Part shown: positions 24,501 through 38,700 of the stretch, piece by piece
Layout of the letters: each line of letters begins with the position of its first letter
Position numbering within the stretch: the first letter of the stretch is position 1
Origin: Podarcis cretensis
Lineage: Eukaryota
Direction: 5' to 3'
Length of the DNA: 64,000 nucleotides
NCBI GenBank assembly: GCA_951804945.1
Contig: OX638151.1
Location: forward strand, 81,716,001-81,780,000
Translations under genes and position numbers: made by a program
Notes under the pieces: generated by a model
What the model was told of the DNA's origin: nothing
Seen by the model: only the letters and a program-made list of their open reading frames with translations
The model's database searches: none

Positions 24501-27500
24501 TAATGTCAAAAATGAATTTACATGCCATCTTTCCCTTCCCCTCCCACCCCTTTCTTCCTTACAATCCCAACTTCATGAAACGGATAGATGTGAATTTAAA
24601 AGCACTGCTCGGCACACTGCAGGCTTTCATAGAAGGGTCAACATTGGGGGAGTTTGACACACGGCTTCAGATGCTGCTGGAATTCCACTGCCATGTCTTG
24701 CTGATGCCACAGGTGGAAGGAAATGGTAGGTGGCTGCTGTGAAATGGGCCCAAGCCAGACGCAGACTTGTGGGGTGTACTTTAGCTCCACCAGGTAGCGC
24801 TGGGTGGTGAATGCATGCACACACAGAATTAATGATAGCAGAGTGGCTCTGAGCATGTGCTCAGCTTTCCTTGATCTCAGCTGCCTACTTTGGGAGCAGG
24901 AGAGCTTGCTTTTGTTGCTGTTGCAGTTTGCCAAGGGTTTCTGTCTCCAGCCAGTGGAGATCTACCAGCAGATCCAGAACTGCCTTCTGCCTACCTTTGA
25001 GCTTATGTTTCTTTTCTTTATTGCACACAGTTGATTTATCATTCCTAACATTTAATAGAACTCAGCTAAATTTTCCAGTTATTATTACTTTACATTGAAA
25101 GTTTTCTCCAAAAGATACTGGCAAAATTGCAGTATGGTGTATTCAACCCAGTTCTCCCCTGTAGTTTGCCAAAAGACAAAGTAGATTATTCTATGCAAAG
25201 CACTGAAGGGAAGATTAAAACTTTTTCCACACCTCTTTGCTTGTCTTCCCCTTGCAAAATTGCCTGAAGGAATCTCTTGATTGGAAGGGGCGTTGAACAG
25301 ATTTTCATTATTAATTTTCTACCCTGACCTTCCTCCTAAAGGAACCCAGGGAAGCAAACAACAAGGCAGCAATACAGTAGAATTAAAAAAATAAACAACC
25401 TCTTTAAACTTTTACAAATTTAATAAAAGAGAGATGCTGTTTCAGTCAGAACTACTATGTCCTTTAAGATCCCTAAATCCTGAGGTGCGGATGAAGATGC
25501 ATTTTTGTATGAAACCCGTTCTCTCTTTTTCAGACATGCTGTGCAATGTATTATGGAATCTCTACAATTATTATAAGCAGTTTTCAGAATGCGTCCAAGC
25601 CAGGCTGACTGAACTTCGGCATCCGATAGAAAAAGAATTGAAGGTGAGAATAAGATTTCTTGGTGTAATAGTATTCTCTGGTTGTTGGAAGTAAAGCTAG
25701 TTCAAATAAATAGCTAGGTCCTACCTTGCTTTTTAAGTACATCTCTTCAAACCAGAAGCACATGTCCTCTCAGCAATTCTTCATTCTGTTTAAAATAAAC
25801 ATCATAGTTCATCGAATTGAATATTTTTCAGGAATTTGTAAAAATCTCTAAGTGGAATGATGTCAGCTTTTGGGCTATAAAACAGTCTGTGGAGAAGACA
25901 CATAGGTAAGTACGAAATTTTGATGAGATTTTGGGCATCAGGATGATTATATCAGTTATCGGCCCAGAGACAGGGGGCTTGAAACATGTCCTCTGGGGAC
26001 TGCTCCCCTCTTTCCTCTCCTCTTACTTTTTTCCTTAAACCCCTCTGAGAATGGTTAAGGGGAGGGTAAATGCAAATAAGTCAATAGTGGGAGAACGGAA
26101 TTATACACCTGAGTCATTGTCCCAAGATTCTGTTCACTATGAGATTGCAGAGCCAGTCATTGACAGTATAAATCTTGGCTACCAGTATAGTGTTAAATTT
26201 TGCTTGGGTTAAAGTATCTGTCTTACTGTCCTGCATGTGTCTAACATGCAATATTGGTATCCGGATCCTCTTCTTTTGACACTCCCATAGCATAGTGGTG
26301 ACTGAGGATATACTGCTTTGCCATAACTGCATTGGATACCTTAATATGCTCAAAGTGGATTTTAAACTTCTTAAGTCCCCTTTAACCATGTTGTCGTGGA
26401 GCTTGAGCGCTCACCCAAATTGATGGTCCTTGTTTTCATCCCTGTCTTTTCCTGGGTTTTAGGACGCTCTTCAAGTTTATGAAGAAATTTGAAGCTGCTC
26501 TCAATGAACCCTGCCGTTCTGCCTTGGTGGAAACAGCAAAAGAAGAGCAACTTGCTTCTTTGCAGGAAGCAGAGACATTGGGCAACCAAGAAACTAAAAT
26601 TCAGAGCCTGAACAACATATTAAGAAAGAAACTGACTGCTAGGTCCCATTCTGCTCAGGTATCTGGAGTTCTCATTTGTGTTCAGATAGAATGGTAGGCA
26701 TTCTTAACCTGAGTGCTGGATTCCCTTGCTGCATATTGGAACACTCTTAGTTGTAACCGTGATATGACAAAATGTTTGAAATGATAACAGTGAAACAGGA
26801 ACATAAACTTTGTTCTCAGTGCCATCCTGGTGTTTCATTGAGAGGTGACCAAGTGTGTGTTTTTCCCTGATGGACACAGGAGCCAATCCCAGAGGGGTTA
26901 CATCACACCCTAATAGGCTAGACAGGAAAACTCTTTTGCAAATCGGTAGGCTGTATCCTCCCCTAACTTTTTCAAGTTTATTTTGCTTATCGAGACTAGC
27001 GGAAGCCCTTTCTCCTCCATCCTGTGCTTTGACTTTCCCCCTACCTTCGAACTCGCACTTCTTTTTTCTCGCTCTCTTCAGGGCAGCCCAAGATTACAAA
27101 ATAGAGGCAGCCTTCTTACAGAGGGTCCTGCAGACTGCTTTCTTCTCTGGTCATTGGATACTTTCTGAGAAGGATCTTTTTCTGATGAGTGAGAGGACCA
27201 CGCCCTGCATGCATTCTTAGGCTGCTGATGGCTGCGTTGCCTCTCTCTGCCTTATTCATCTGTCTGTTATCTGGTATAACTGGAAAGGTGACAAAAGTCC
27301 TGGTTGCTATTTTTTTATTTTTTTACTTATCAGTTAGGACTCCAAGGCTTCCAGGGACATCCTTTCAAGCTTCTCTGTGAAACGGAAACTGGAGAAGCTC
27401 CTGGAAGGGGGTGTGGTTGCATTCAAGTTTGCAATAGAATTTTCCTGTCTAGGCTAGTAGGATGCGACATAACCCTCTGTGGCTGACTTCTGTCATCTCA

Positions 27501-30500
27501 CAGTAAGTACCCAGTGACCCAGTAATATGGCTGTTATTATAGGCCAAGACCACAGGTATGTGTAAGCCAGCATTTCCTTCGTCAGCCAGACGCCTTGGGA
27601 AGCTGACCAAAGGGCCCAATGGCTACCCTCCATTAGGTTTGAAGCCCCATTCTTCACTCTCTAGGCTAGTTGGTACTGATAGGGCCCGTAGGTCTTACCA
27701 GAAGCACAAGGATTTCAATCACCTGGACTTTTGCCTGTTGTGAACATTTCCCCCGCAGGCTGCTCACTTAGAGGATATCCAGGGAGACATTTTTCACCCA
27801 GAGTCCCTTCAGGGCCGCTTACCCAAACTTACGAAGCGGATGGAGAAGATATGTACATCTCTAGTGAAGAACAACTCGTTCTTAGATCTGGTGGAGAGCC
27901 TTGACAATTTCACAGGTAAAACTTTTATTACAGCGTAACATTCAACAGAAAGGTAATTGGTTTTTCTTAAGAATTGCTGGGTTTGAGTGGACGTGCTGAA
28001 ATTAATAGATTGTAAGATTGCTTTCTGCTGCGCTCCTCCTTTTTACAGGTGACATAATTTCCTCTTCCCATGAGCTGCAGCATATGTCTTTAAATCCAGC
28101 TGCAGACAAGGAAAAGCAGAAGTCTGAGGCCAAACATTTACTCGTGCAGAAGCAGAGGGCCCTAACAGAGCTCTTTAAAAACCTTGCTAATACAGGTAAG
28201 AGGAGCTGGAACTACTACTCTTTGGAGACAACGAACAAAATATAAGCAGTAGTCACTCCCACTCCTCAAATTAGCAAAGTGCCATGTGTTTGGCACTGCC
28301 CATGATTTATCTCCATAGGCACATGTATAGTGTACCAAATGATAATAGCTGGGAGGTAGGTAGTACAATTGGGTTAGAATGAATACTAATTGGAAATGTG
28401 GAATGAATTTTTACTGCATTCCTCTTGACACACACATTCTCTAATGCACAGCTTTGTAGCCGTGCACACAGAAAGGATAAGGTCCAGAACCTTTTCATTG
28501 TTTATTTATTGCATTTATATCCTACCTTTCTATCCCAAGGAGCTCAAGGTGGTATACATAGTCCCCCACCCCCACCCTGGTGCCTGGCCCAATGTCCCCT
28601 GGTGAGCTTTGTGGCCCAGTGGGAATTGAATCCTGGTCTCCACACTAGCTCTGAAAGCAATTCCTGCTGGTTAGTTATAGCTGCTTGTTTTCTCTGCTCC
28701 TTTCAACCACTAAAGCTAAATTCTCAGAATCATCTGTATCAGCCATCATCACTTAGGTGTTGGAGAGGAAAAGGCATGACTGAATGGACTCACTAAAAAA
28801 AAATCCATGTTGTTTATTTCAAAAAGAAAAATTAAAGTTAAATGTATTTTAAATATCTTCCCAGGGTTGTCATATCGCAAAGGACTTGCTTGGTCTCGTT
28901 CAAAAACTTCCCAGGACCTGCTTTTCCTTCACCCATTGAATTTGAGCAGTGCATTAGCCTTGGTTAACTGCACACAGAAGCTGGATGCAACGTATGTATT
29001 TTCTGTTTCCGCAGCTACAGTTTTGACCTCCAAAAGTATCTAATTGGGGTTTTTCAATCCAATATTACCGTTACCTCGTCTGTTTATTGCTATGCCACTT
29101 CCACAGAAATTGTGCCTGAAGTAGCTCACAACATAACAGATAAACAATATTTGTTATGCACCTATTAGAAACCTTTATAAATAATCAGAATTATTAAGGA
29201 CAAAAAAATCAATGCACATAACATTGCACAACAACGATGCAAATAAATTAGGTTATCCTAAAAACCTAAAGAAATAGAAAAGTAACTGTTGTGTGGGAGA
29301 CTTGAACCATTTAGCCCTGTTAAGAGTTGTGGCTTCCCTCCTGTCAGTAGTGGGAGAAAAGTCGCCATTTGTGCCAGTGGCTGCTTTCTTCCCCTTGCAA
29401 ACAGCAGACATAGAGGGGATCCCGATTCTGATCAGGACCATGGGGTGGAGGACAAATACATCCCTCCATCTTTGAGCCCTCCCTCCCACCAGCTGCAAAG
29501 GAAAATCAGCTCTGCAAAGGTGACAAATGGTGAATCTAGTTTGGCCCTTGGTTCATTCGGTTTTCATTTTAAGGAGCGACTTGCAAATTGTGTAACGTGA
29601 TATTTTCTGGAACCAGCAGAGCAAAAACATCCGGATATTGCCTTAAGTAAAAACGCATTACAGCGTCGGGAGTATCAGTTACCAAACTGATACCTTAAGC
29701 AGGCAATGTAAAGCCGGTTAAGACTGCCTAAAAGCATGGGTAAGCCGAACTGATGCATGTTTTGTGTTTGTGTGGTCGTAGAAAGGCTTTGAAATTGCTT
29801 ATTTATTTATTTTTGTCTCGGATGAACAAAAGTCTTATGCTTTCCAGGTTGCTCTCTGAGATCTCTTCGTCCTGGGATGGTTGCCAGAAATACTTCTATC
29901 AGTCTCTCGCACGCCACTGTGGGCTTCAGACAGCATTATTGGCACCTTCAAAGGTAAACAGTAGCTTCAGTACTAGAGATTTCTTTCAAATCTTCTCCTT
30001 TTAAAAGCTTTGAATAGGCAAGACAGGATCATTCATCATCTAAACATTTGGCTTTTTATTCCGAATCACCATAGTTTTTTTCTCAGTCCTGTTTATACCT
30101 GCCTACATTGTAGTTGTTGAGCAGATAAATAGAGGTAAACTACCAGTAAATCTACCTAGACTTGTCACTTATGTATCATATTTCTTTTCAAATGTACCCA
30201 GTTGCAAACCTTGACATATTCAGAAATCCTTGGCAAGTCACTAAATTGCAGGATTGAGTCAGGTTCACTTTCCAATTTCATATACAGTGATACCTTGGTT
30301 TTCGAATGTCTCTGTTGATCAACATTTCGGTTTTCGAACGTCGTAAACCTGGAAGTAAATGCTTTGGTTTTCAAACACGTCTTGGAAGTCGAATATGCCA
30401 CGCGGCTTCCGCTGAGTGAAAGATCCTGAGACCTCACTGTTGGCAATGAGTTTTCAGTTTTTGAACGTTCCAGAAGTCTTCCGGAGCGGATTATGTTCAA

Positions 30501-32785
30501 AAAACGAGGTACCACTGTATACCTTGGAGAAAGTGGAGGTGACATTGATGTAAAATAAAAATGGTAGCATATAAACTAGCTAATCAGAGGACAAGCATTT
30601 CACCTACCTAGGCATTTACTGACAGCTCTAGTCCTCATAGCATAAAAAGGACACATCCTACTAACAGATGAATTGCTGCTGTTATCGTTATCTATTAAAT
30701 TTGTATACTGCCCTTCACAGGGTGGTTCACAACATAAAAATACGATGCTTGAGAGTACAACATAAACACCAGTTATGAGTAAAATGCCTAGGTGCTTAGT
30801 AGCATCTTCACCTGGCTACTTCAAGTGGCACCTAAAGGTTGATAGGGATGGTGCTGGACATATCTCTCTGGGGAGACCATTCCACAGCTGGAATGTTGTG
30901 GGGATCTTGCTTTCCTCCTTGATTTAGCACATTCAGTCCTGATCATCCACAGCTCTTAAAACTGTCATTAAAGTTGCTACGATAGGAAATTGTTTTCAAA
31001 GCGAGTTTGTGCTATTTTAATCTTTTTATGCATAGGCTTTCAAATCTGGTTTTCTGGGTATGTTACTTGCCTGAAAATTGTCCAGAGGCTGTAATCCAGT
31101 GCACATTTACCTGGGCATAAGCACCTTTGAATATAGCAGAAGTTAGTTTTGAGTGAACAAGCATAATGTTAGAGTGGGCTGCACAGTAGTTTGTGCTCAT
31201 TCCATGCATCTTTCATTGTCAAGGCTTAGGCAGAGTTCCATGCATTTGCCTAGTAGCAGTGGGGCGGGGGGGGGGCACATTATTATGGCAACCATTACAC
31301 AGGAGTGAAAAGTGCTACCTTGTTACACTGCAGGAAATTGGACTGGGCACCGTTGAGCGATGCAAAGGATTCACAGCACACCTTATGAAGATGCTTGTCA
31401 AGCAGAGGAGCTCCCTCACCGCCTTGACTGAGCAGTGGATTATCCTGAGGTATTTGGACTTTGGTTTTCTGCGTACTTCTTTAGCTCATTTGAGAAAGGA
31501 AAGCATTCTGACTCAAAAAAAGAGAGAGGCAGACTGTATACTTCAATAATAGTGCAAAACGTAAACCCTCAGTACATTTCTACGCACATTCTCTATCCTC
31601 TGTTCATACAAGGAAGAGGCATTGCCAGATAAATAAATAAACTTTCCGTAAAAGCTGCAGTGTTTGGAAATTGCCGTGATCCACTATATACTGACTGAGG
31701 TGTACCGATAGTATTATTATAAGCAGATCTCTTAACCTTGTAAATTTCCTACAGGAACCTTCTGAGCTGCGTGCAGGAGATTGATGCCCGGTTAAACCCT
31801 GCTTGTGAATATGAAGTGGCGTTTCCTCCTCAAGACGGTGTTCAACAGTGGACCGATAGACTGCAATACCTTTCAATGCAGTGTGTGGTGGTCCTGGAGC
31901 AGCTGTCCTGGTTTATGGAGTGCTGTCCAAAAGGCCAGTCCTTGAATGCTTCCAGGGCAGAGACTGAAGCAACTGAACTGAATTCCCCTTGTGTTCTGAA
32001 GTCCATGCCTGGTTTTAACCCTCCAGAGCTACAATATTCCACTCCCATAGCTGCAGATCAGCTGCCCGCTGGATGCAAGATGCGAAAGCATGACCCGTTG
32101 TTTCAGAAGCTGATTTCAGACGTGAAAGAAATGCTGCTGGAGGTTAAGGCAGTAAAATCGGATGTGGACAGAATCAGACAACTGTCTTGTGAGACACTCT
32201 TCCATTCCTGGTAAGTAAAGTACTACGGGGAGAAAACAGTTTCACTCCTGCAGCCTTCATGCACCCTAATCTGTAAGGCTGTGACTTTATTGACTGCATT
32301 GTTCAAAATGGGGCCTGCAGTCAGCCCCCATTATATCCCAAATAAATGATTGGCGATGCTGAAGTTGGTGGCCCAGCCATGGAGGCACAAAACAGTCCTC
32401 TACACTGCCGAATATCAAGACATATGCTGTATCTAAGCTTAAGTGCCTTGGGGGAGAGTTATGCCTGCACTTTTGGAGGAAGTGCACAGAGGAAGCTTAG
32501 CACTCCTTGACTGGGTGATACGCCCCTTGCATTTCAGAGGACATAATCAAAAGCATTAACTGTGCTTCAGCATTACATATGAACTAGGCCACTGTGAGTT
32601 GAGAAATTCTAGTAATTTGCAGAGACGTGTGTGTCTATAAACTGGTATTCCTAAACAAATAATAAACTTTATTGGACTAAATTAATTCTTGGAAACCCAG
32701 ACAACTGTTAGGCCAGTTAGGGACTCTTCTCACCTACCATCTTAATGCTTATGTCTTATTTCTGTATTTGTTCCAGTGGTTATCC

Positions 32786-32836
<51 letters not shown>

Positions 32837-35738
32837 CATCATCATCATCATCATCATCATCATTAGAATTTATATGCCCAGAGGTTTCAGGGTGGTTCAC
32901 AGGATAAAATCAAAATATAAAACCACAAAATACATAACCAAAATAAAAGCAACAATCCAATAACCTCCTTTTCTTTTACATTTGTATTTTAATATAATTT
33001 GAATTAACAGAAATGCTCAATAAGTAACACTTATAATAATACAATAATAATAATTTATTATTTATACCCTGCCCATCTGGCTGGGTTTCCCCAGCCACTC
33101 TGGGCAGCTTCCAACAAAAGATTAAAAATACATTAAAACATCAGTCATTAAAAACTTCCCTAAACAGGGCTGCCTTCAGATGTCTTCTAAAAGTCTGGTA
33201 GTTGTTTTTCTCTTTGACATCAGGTGGGAGGGCGTTCCACAGGGTGGGTGCCACTACCAAGAAGGCCCTCTGCCTGGTTCCCTGTAACTTCGCTTCTCGC
33301 AGTGAGGAAACTGCCAGAAGGCCCTCGGCGCTGGACCTCAGTGTCCAGGCAGAACAATGGGGGTGGAGACGTTCCCTCAGGTATACTGGACCGAGGCCAT
33401 TTAGGGCTTTAAAGATCAGCACCAACACTTTGAATTGTGCTCGGAAACAGACTGGGAGCCAATGTAGGTCTTTCAAGACAAGTGTTATGTGGTCTCGGCA
33501 GCCTCTTCCAGTCACCAGTCTGGCTGCCGCATTCTGGATTAGTTGTAATTTCCAGGTCACCTTCAAAGGTAACCCCACATAGAGCACATTGCAGTAGTCC
33601 AAGCGAGAGATAACTAGAGCATGCACCACTCTGATGAGACAGTGGGCAGATAGGGTCTCAGCCTGCGTACCAGATGGAGCTGGTAAACAGCTGCCCTGGA
33701 CACTGAATTGACCTGTGCCTCCATGGACAGCCGTGAGTCCAAAATAACTTCCAGCTGCACACTGGTCCTTCAGGGGCACAGTTACCCCATTCAGGACCAG
33801 GGAGTCCTCCACACCTGCCCTCCTCCTTTCCCCAAAAACAGTACTTCTGTCTTGTCAGGATTCAACCTCAATCTGTTAACCGCCATCCATCCTCCAACTT
33901 GCGTAAGACTTGTACAGAATCAAAAAATAACAAATCTGCAACTTCCAGTAAAGTGTGTGGTTTAAACAGTGTAGTGCCTCTTTGTATCATAGAACATTTT
34001 TTAAGGGTGGAGGTACAGGCTAAAGAAACTGAAGGAAATCTGCAGGACTACCTTATGCAAGCTGAATTTCCTTTTCCATTCATGTAAGACAACTTCCAAA
34101 CCTTCTGGTAAAACCATAGATGTTATGTTTTTAGTATCACAATTGAGTTTTAGCTTGTTTTTCTGATTACCAGTAAGTCCAATAGAAGCGATGTTTTGTG
34201 TTAACCCCAGACCCACTCTTTCTCAAAAGCAAATGTGCAGGCTAAAACGTGGCTCGTTAAAGTGAGCTGTGATTGCTTTTGTCTTACAGGAAAAGCTTTG
34301 AAGTGTGCTCTTCAGGAATAGAATGTTTGCTGAAGGTTTCAACCCAGCTGCAAGATATAGAGTCTTTCTTTGTCCTACCTGAGATGGAAGCCAATCAAGT
34401 TTCAACACGGATGGCGTTAATCAGAAGTCTTGTGTACATCCAAGGAGAAATTAATAGAAGTGTGGATGACTTTGCCATTTGGAAGACACAGCTCTTCAGT
34501 TCAATTTCACACTGTAATGGTAAAGACATGTTCCTTTTAATCTTTCAACCAATAAAGCAGTTGATTTAAGTATTATTCTGTTATCTCCTTTGGATATTTG
34601 CATCTGTGACTAAGGGCAGTAAAATTAGATCATGATTTTGTTAGGATCCTAAGCATGCTTACTGAGAACCAAGTCTTGCAGAGTTCAAAGAGGCAGTCCT
34701 ATGTAAGTGTACAGAGAGTATTGAAGCATTCAAAATAATGTTCAACGTTTTGTTTAATGTAGCATGTCAAAATCCTAGCAGCTGTACTTTGGTGGGAGTT
34801 GGCGTTTGTTTATTTCTTGCAAGTTGTTGTTGGATACTTCCTGGGACCTCTGTTCCTAGTATCTGATGCTACAAAGCTTGTTTTCTCATTAAAAGTTGGA
34901 CATTTGTTTTCATGCCGCTGCATGTCTTTAGCCGAGTCTTGTTAATGCATTATGAAATGAGCAAGAATAAGTATAGCAGTGGCAACATTTCAAGGGGATT
35001 AAGGATTCATTGATTTGACCTGACTTGACTTGGGGGAAATCCTAGCAGCAGCACTGCCTGAAAATTCAGTCTCATTTCTGAGCCCTGATTGGGCCAAGGG
35101 CTGGTGAGAGGCTAAGAGGCAATATTATTTGCACTGTCTTCCACTTGCAAGGCAGATGTCAGACTTTTGTTCTGTGAGATAACTGAGGCAAAGCATATAT
35201 ACCTCTTGGAGTAATGGAGTATGTCAAATTTTAAATTAGGCGGGGAATTCTCCATGTTTTAACATTGGGGAGACTCTAGTTTTATGAAGCCCAACCATCA
35301 TGTCAAAGTCTTAATAGTTATCCTTATTTCAGGTTTTTAAGCACTATGCCTTTCTTGTTAAAGTTGAATTTGTTATTGTGGCTTAAAACTCCAATTTGTT
35401 TGTGTCGTATAATTTATTTATTTCATAAAATTTATTATGCACCACTTGATTGCAAAAACAAAACAAAAACCCTCAATCAAAGTGGTTGCTGCTTTCGAAA
35501 TCGGATGTCTTACCCACTAACATTTCTCCTGTATTTCCAAAGGGAACCAAAAGTCAGATGATGGATTTGTAGAACTCTACTCAGAACAAGTAGAGCTTGC
35601 AATCCAAGCTATCCTGGGTGCAATTCAGTGTTTGGTAGAAAGGAAAAAGGTAAAAGAAGACAACACCTCCCAGAAGGAGGATGGTGAGTCTTAACTTTTG
35701 TCCTTTTCTCTGAAGCACTCTTTATACTTTCAGAAATA

Positions 35739-35778
<40 letters not shown>

Positions 35779-38700
35779 CTGAACACAACATATATCCTGG
35801 CAAATTAGGTCTTTGTTTCAGGGGCAGAGGTGGATGTTCTAAATATGATTGCCACAGTGAAATTGTGAAATTTGGACTTGCTATAGCCGTCTCCTCCTGA
35901 ATGCACACACACCCAAGAGACTTGTGGAATTCTAGCCACTACACCACGCTGGAGGGTAGGGAGAACTGGCAATAGTGCCAAGGCCCCTTGTCTGTGAAGG
36001 GCAATCAGTGCAGTTCTCTTGGGCATCTGGTTCCTCCTGGATCTTGCAACACACCATGGTGCTCTAGGGCAGGAGTGGGGAACCTTAGGCATGGGGATCA
36101 AATGCGTACCTCCAGGCCTCTCTGTTTAGCCCACAACACAACCCCTTCCCAGCCACACACCCTCTCCCCAGGCCCTCACCAGCCCTGCTTCATACTTTCC
36201 TTGAATTTTTTTGCCTGGCTTGAATATGTCCTTGAACTTGATACGGACGTTTTCTTGCCTGGATGAAAGATGGAAGTGTGTGTAGAAACTAGCCTACTGT
36301 ACAAAGGCAACATTTTCATTGGGTAAAAATGTTTACCCAAACCTTTTCTGATTAAGGATGAATTGAGTCTTCAGTCTTTTCCCTTTTCCCTTTTCTTACT
36401 CAAGGGGAAGAATCCTTGGTTGACAGGCTCAAGGCAGGGCATTTAACTAAACTCTTGGATGAAGACATCTGTGCAGATGTGAATTCTCTGCACGTGCAGA
36501 AAATCATTTCGGTCATTTCAGAACTCCTGGAGCGACTAAAATCCTATGGCGAGGATTACACCGAATACAAGTGCAAGGTAAAATCCAGCTGGAGGAGGCT
36601 TTGAATGTGAATTTCTAGACTTTCTGTAAAAGGCAGAATAGCAGAGAGAAATTGTAAGGTCACTTAGAAACTACTTGTTTTGTCTTGGTGGGGGCAGGGA
36701 AGCCCCTATATTTTTAATGAACATTGGATTTATTTTGTGTCCACAGCTTTTCAATCAATCCTGCCACTTATTGGTGCGTCTAATGCCAATACTTTACAAA
36801 TATTCCAATATCATCCTCTTCTACCTCACTGTTACCTTGGCTACACATAGGAGCACTGGGAAATTGCTCTGTGTCCTAGCTAACATATTTACAGAACTGG
36901 CCCGGAAGGTAAGAAATTCTAGTTTACCCTCTCAGTGGATTGGGGAAAGGGGATAGAATTCTGAGATATCTGGAGTTGTGAATAAAGCTTGTTTAAAGAA
37001 AGCCACAGCAAAAGCAAGATGTTTGCCAGTGTGTTGAATGAACTCTTTATCTTTGGCTCCATAGTACTTTATTTGTGTGCATGTATATAGATAGATAGAT
37101 ACAAGTCTGTGTATAATCTGTCCTTTGGAAGCTTAATTGTTTTGATGAGTGCTAAAATCTGTCTAAAATGTTTCAACTTACTACTACTACTACTGCTATT
37201 ATTATTATTAGGGGTTTTGTTTACCAAAAGAGCTAATGGAAGATGCTGGAGCAGAAGGAGGAACAGAATTCCATGATTACGAAGGAGGTGGCATTGGAGA
37301 AGGGGAAGGCAAAAAGGATGTGAGTGACAAGATAGAAAGTGAAGAGCAGGTACGTGCCAAGTGGGATTTGAGGCAGCGGCTCCAGAGTAGCCATGATTCA
37401 AGCCTTGATTGTAGTGTATCTGTTCATAAATAAGTTAAAGCACATTCTTAACTATAGCAAGCCAATGTAAATTTCACCAGTGCAAGTAACCCCATTCCAC
37501 ACCCTGTTTAGGAGTGGCTGGGAGGGGCTACTGTTGGCTGTGTTGGCAGGCAATTATGGGCTTGAGTTTTGAGGATTAGGCCCTAGGTCACATGACCTAG
37601 CTGAACAGACTTTGGAATAGCTATAAGTCTCTCCTTGTCCTTTCCCACCACTCCCCTGGAATGCCCCTTTTCAGGACTTAGGCTGGTTTAAGATTGTCTG
37701 GCTGAGTAGGGGTGAGGGAATTGCACTGACATCGTTACAGTTTAGCTGAAAGTCAGGCAAGAAAGCCCCAAGTTCCTCTGAATTCAGAATTTCTCATCCC
37801 AACAGACCTTGGGGGTTGGACTCTGCTGTTACTTTCATATAGTTTAATAGGTTTCATAGTAACTTTCATTCCCCACCCCCCCAAGCCATCTGCTTCTTAC
37901 TCCTAAAGAAGAAAAATGCTTTGTATTCTTAAAGCAGTTCTGTCCTGCTGGGGTTGAGCAGTTAGATTTTATTCAGTAATAAAACTGCATTGCTGAGATA
38001 ATGGTGGGGATGAAGCTAATGATTCATTAAAAGCTGGAATAATCTTTGGTTAAATATCCCAGGTAGAAGATACTTACCAGAAGGGTCAAGAAAAGGAGGA
38101 TGAAGACCCAGAATCCAAACCAGGTATTGAAGGAGAAGACAATGCAATTGAAATGTCAGATGATTTCGAAGGAAAAACCTACGACGGGGAGCAAGAAAAC
38201 CAAGGTATGTGGCTTGTACTTTGGCAATTGTAGATTTGCCTGTCCTGTTATATGCCAGTACAGGTGGGAACGCTAAACATTTTCTTCGTGGGCTTTTTGT
38301 GCAAACATGGACATGCAATGGAAGTACTTGCACAGAATTAACATTAAGTGTGATTCCAGCAGCTTGAGGTCCTTCTGTGGCAAAATCTGGCAGAGTTCAG
38401 TATTTGTGAAAATGGTAATGCTGCTGCTCTCTTATTAAATTAATCCTTGTGTGGTTAGGAGCTCTTCCAGATTAATGACTGTAATTGGAGCGGGAAGCAT
38501 CTATAACTTATAAATTAGGAAAACCCTTAATTGTAACATTTCTAAATGCCGCAGAAGTCCAGCTATATCATGTCTGTGTGTAGCGTGTTATTCTAAGTGG
38601 GATAGAACAATTGGGTGAGCAATGGGGGAATCTTACCAAAAAGTTGTGATATAGTACAGTAAGCCCTCAACTTACTCAGGGGTTACATTCTGGGGAATGC

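Noticed and set aside
27182-27206. CTGATGA followed by a GTG/CAC mini-stem
   Set aside because: No GAAA after the stem (reads GCCC) and no stems I/III; not a hammerhead.
32745-32963. Poly-isoleucine ORF
   Set aside because: Translation of the (ATT)n(ATC)n microsatellite.
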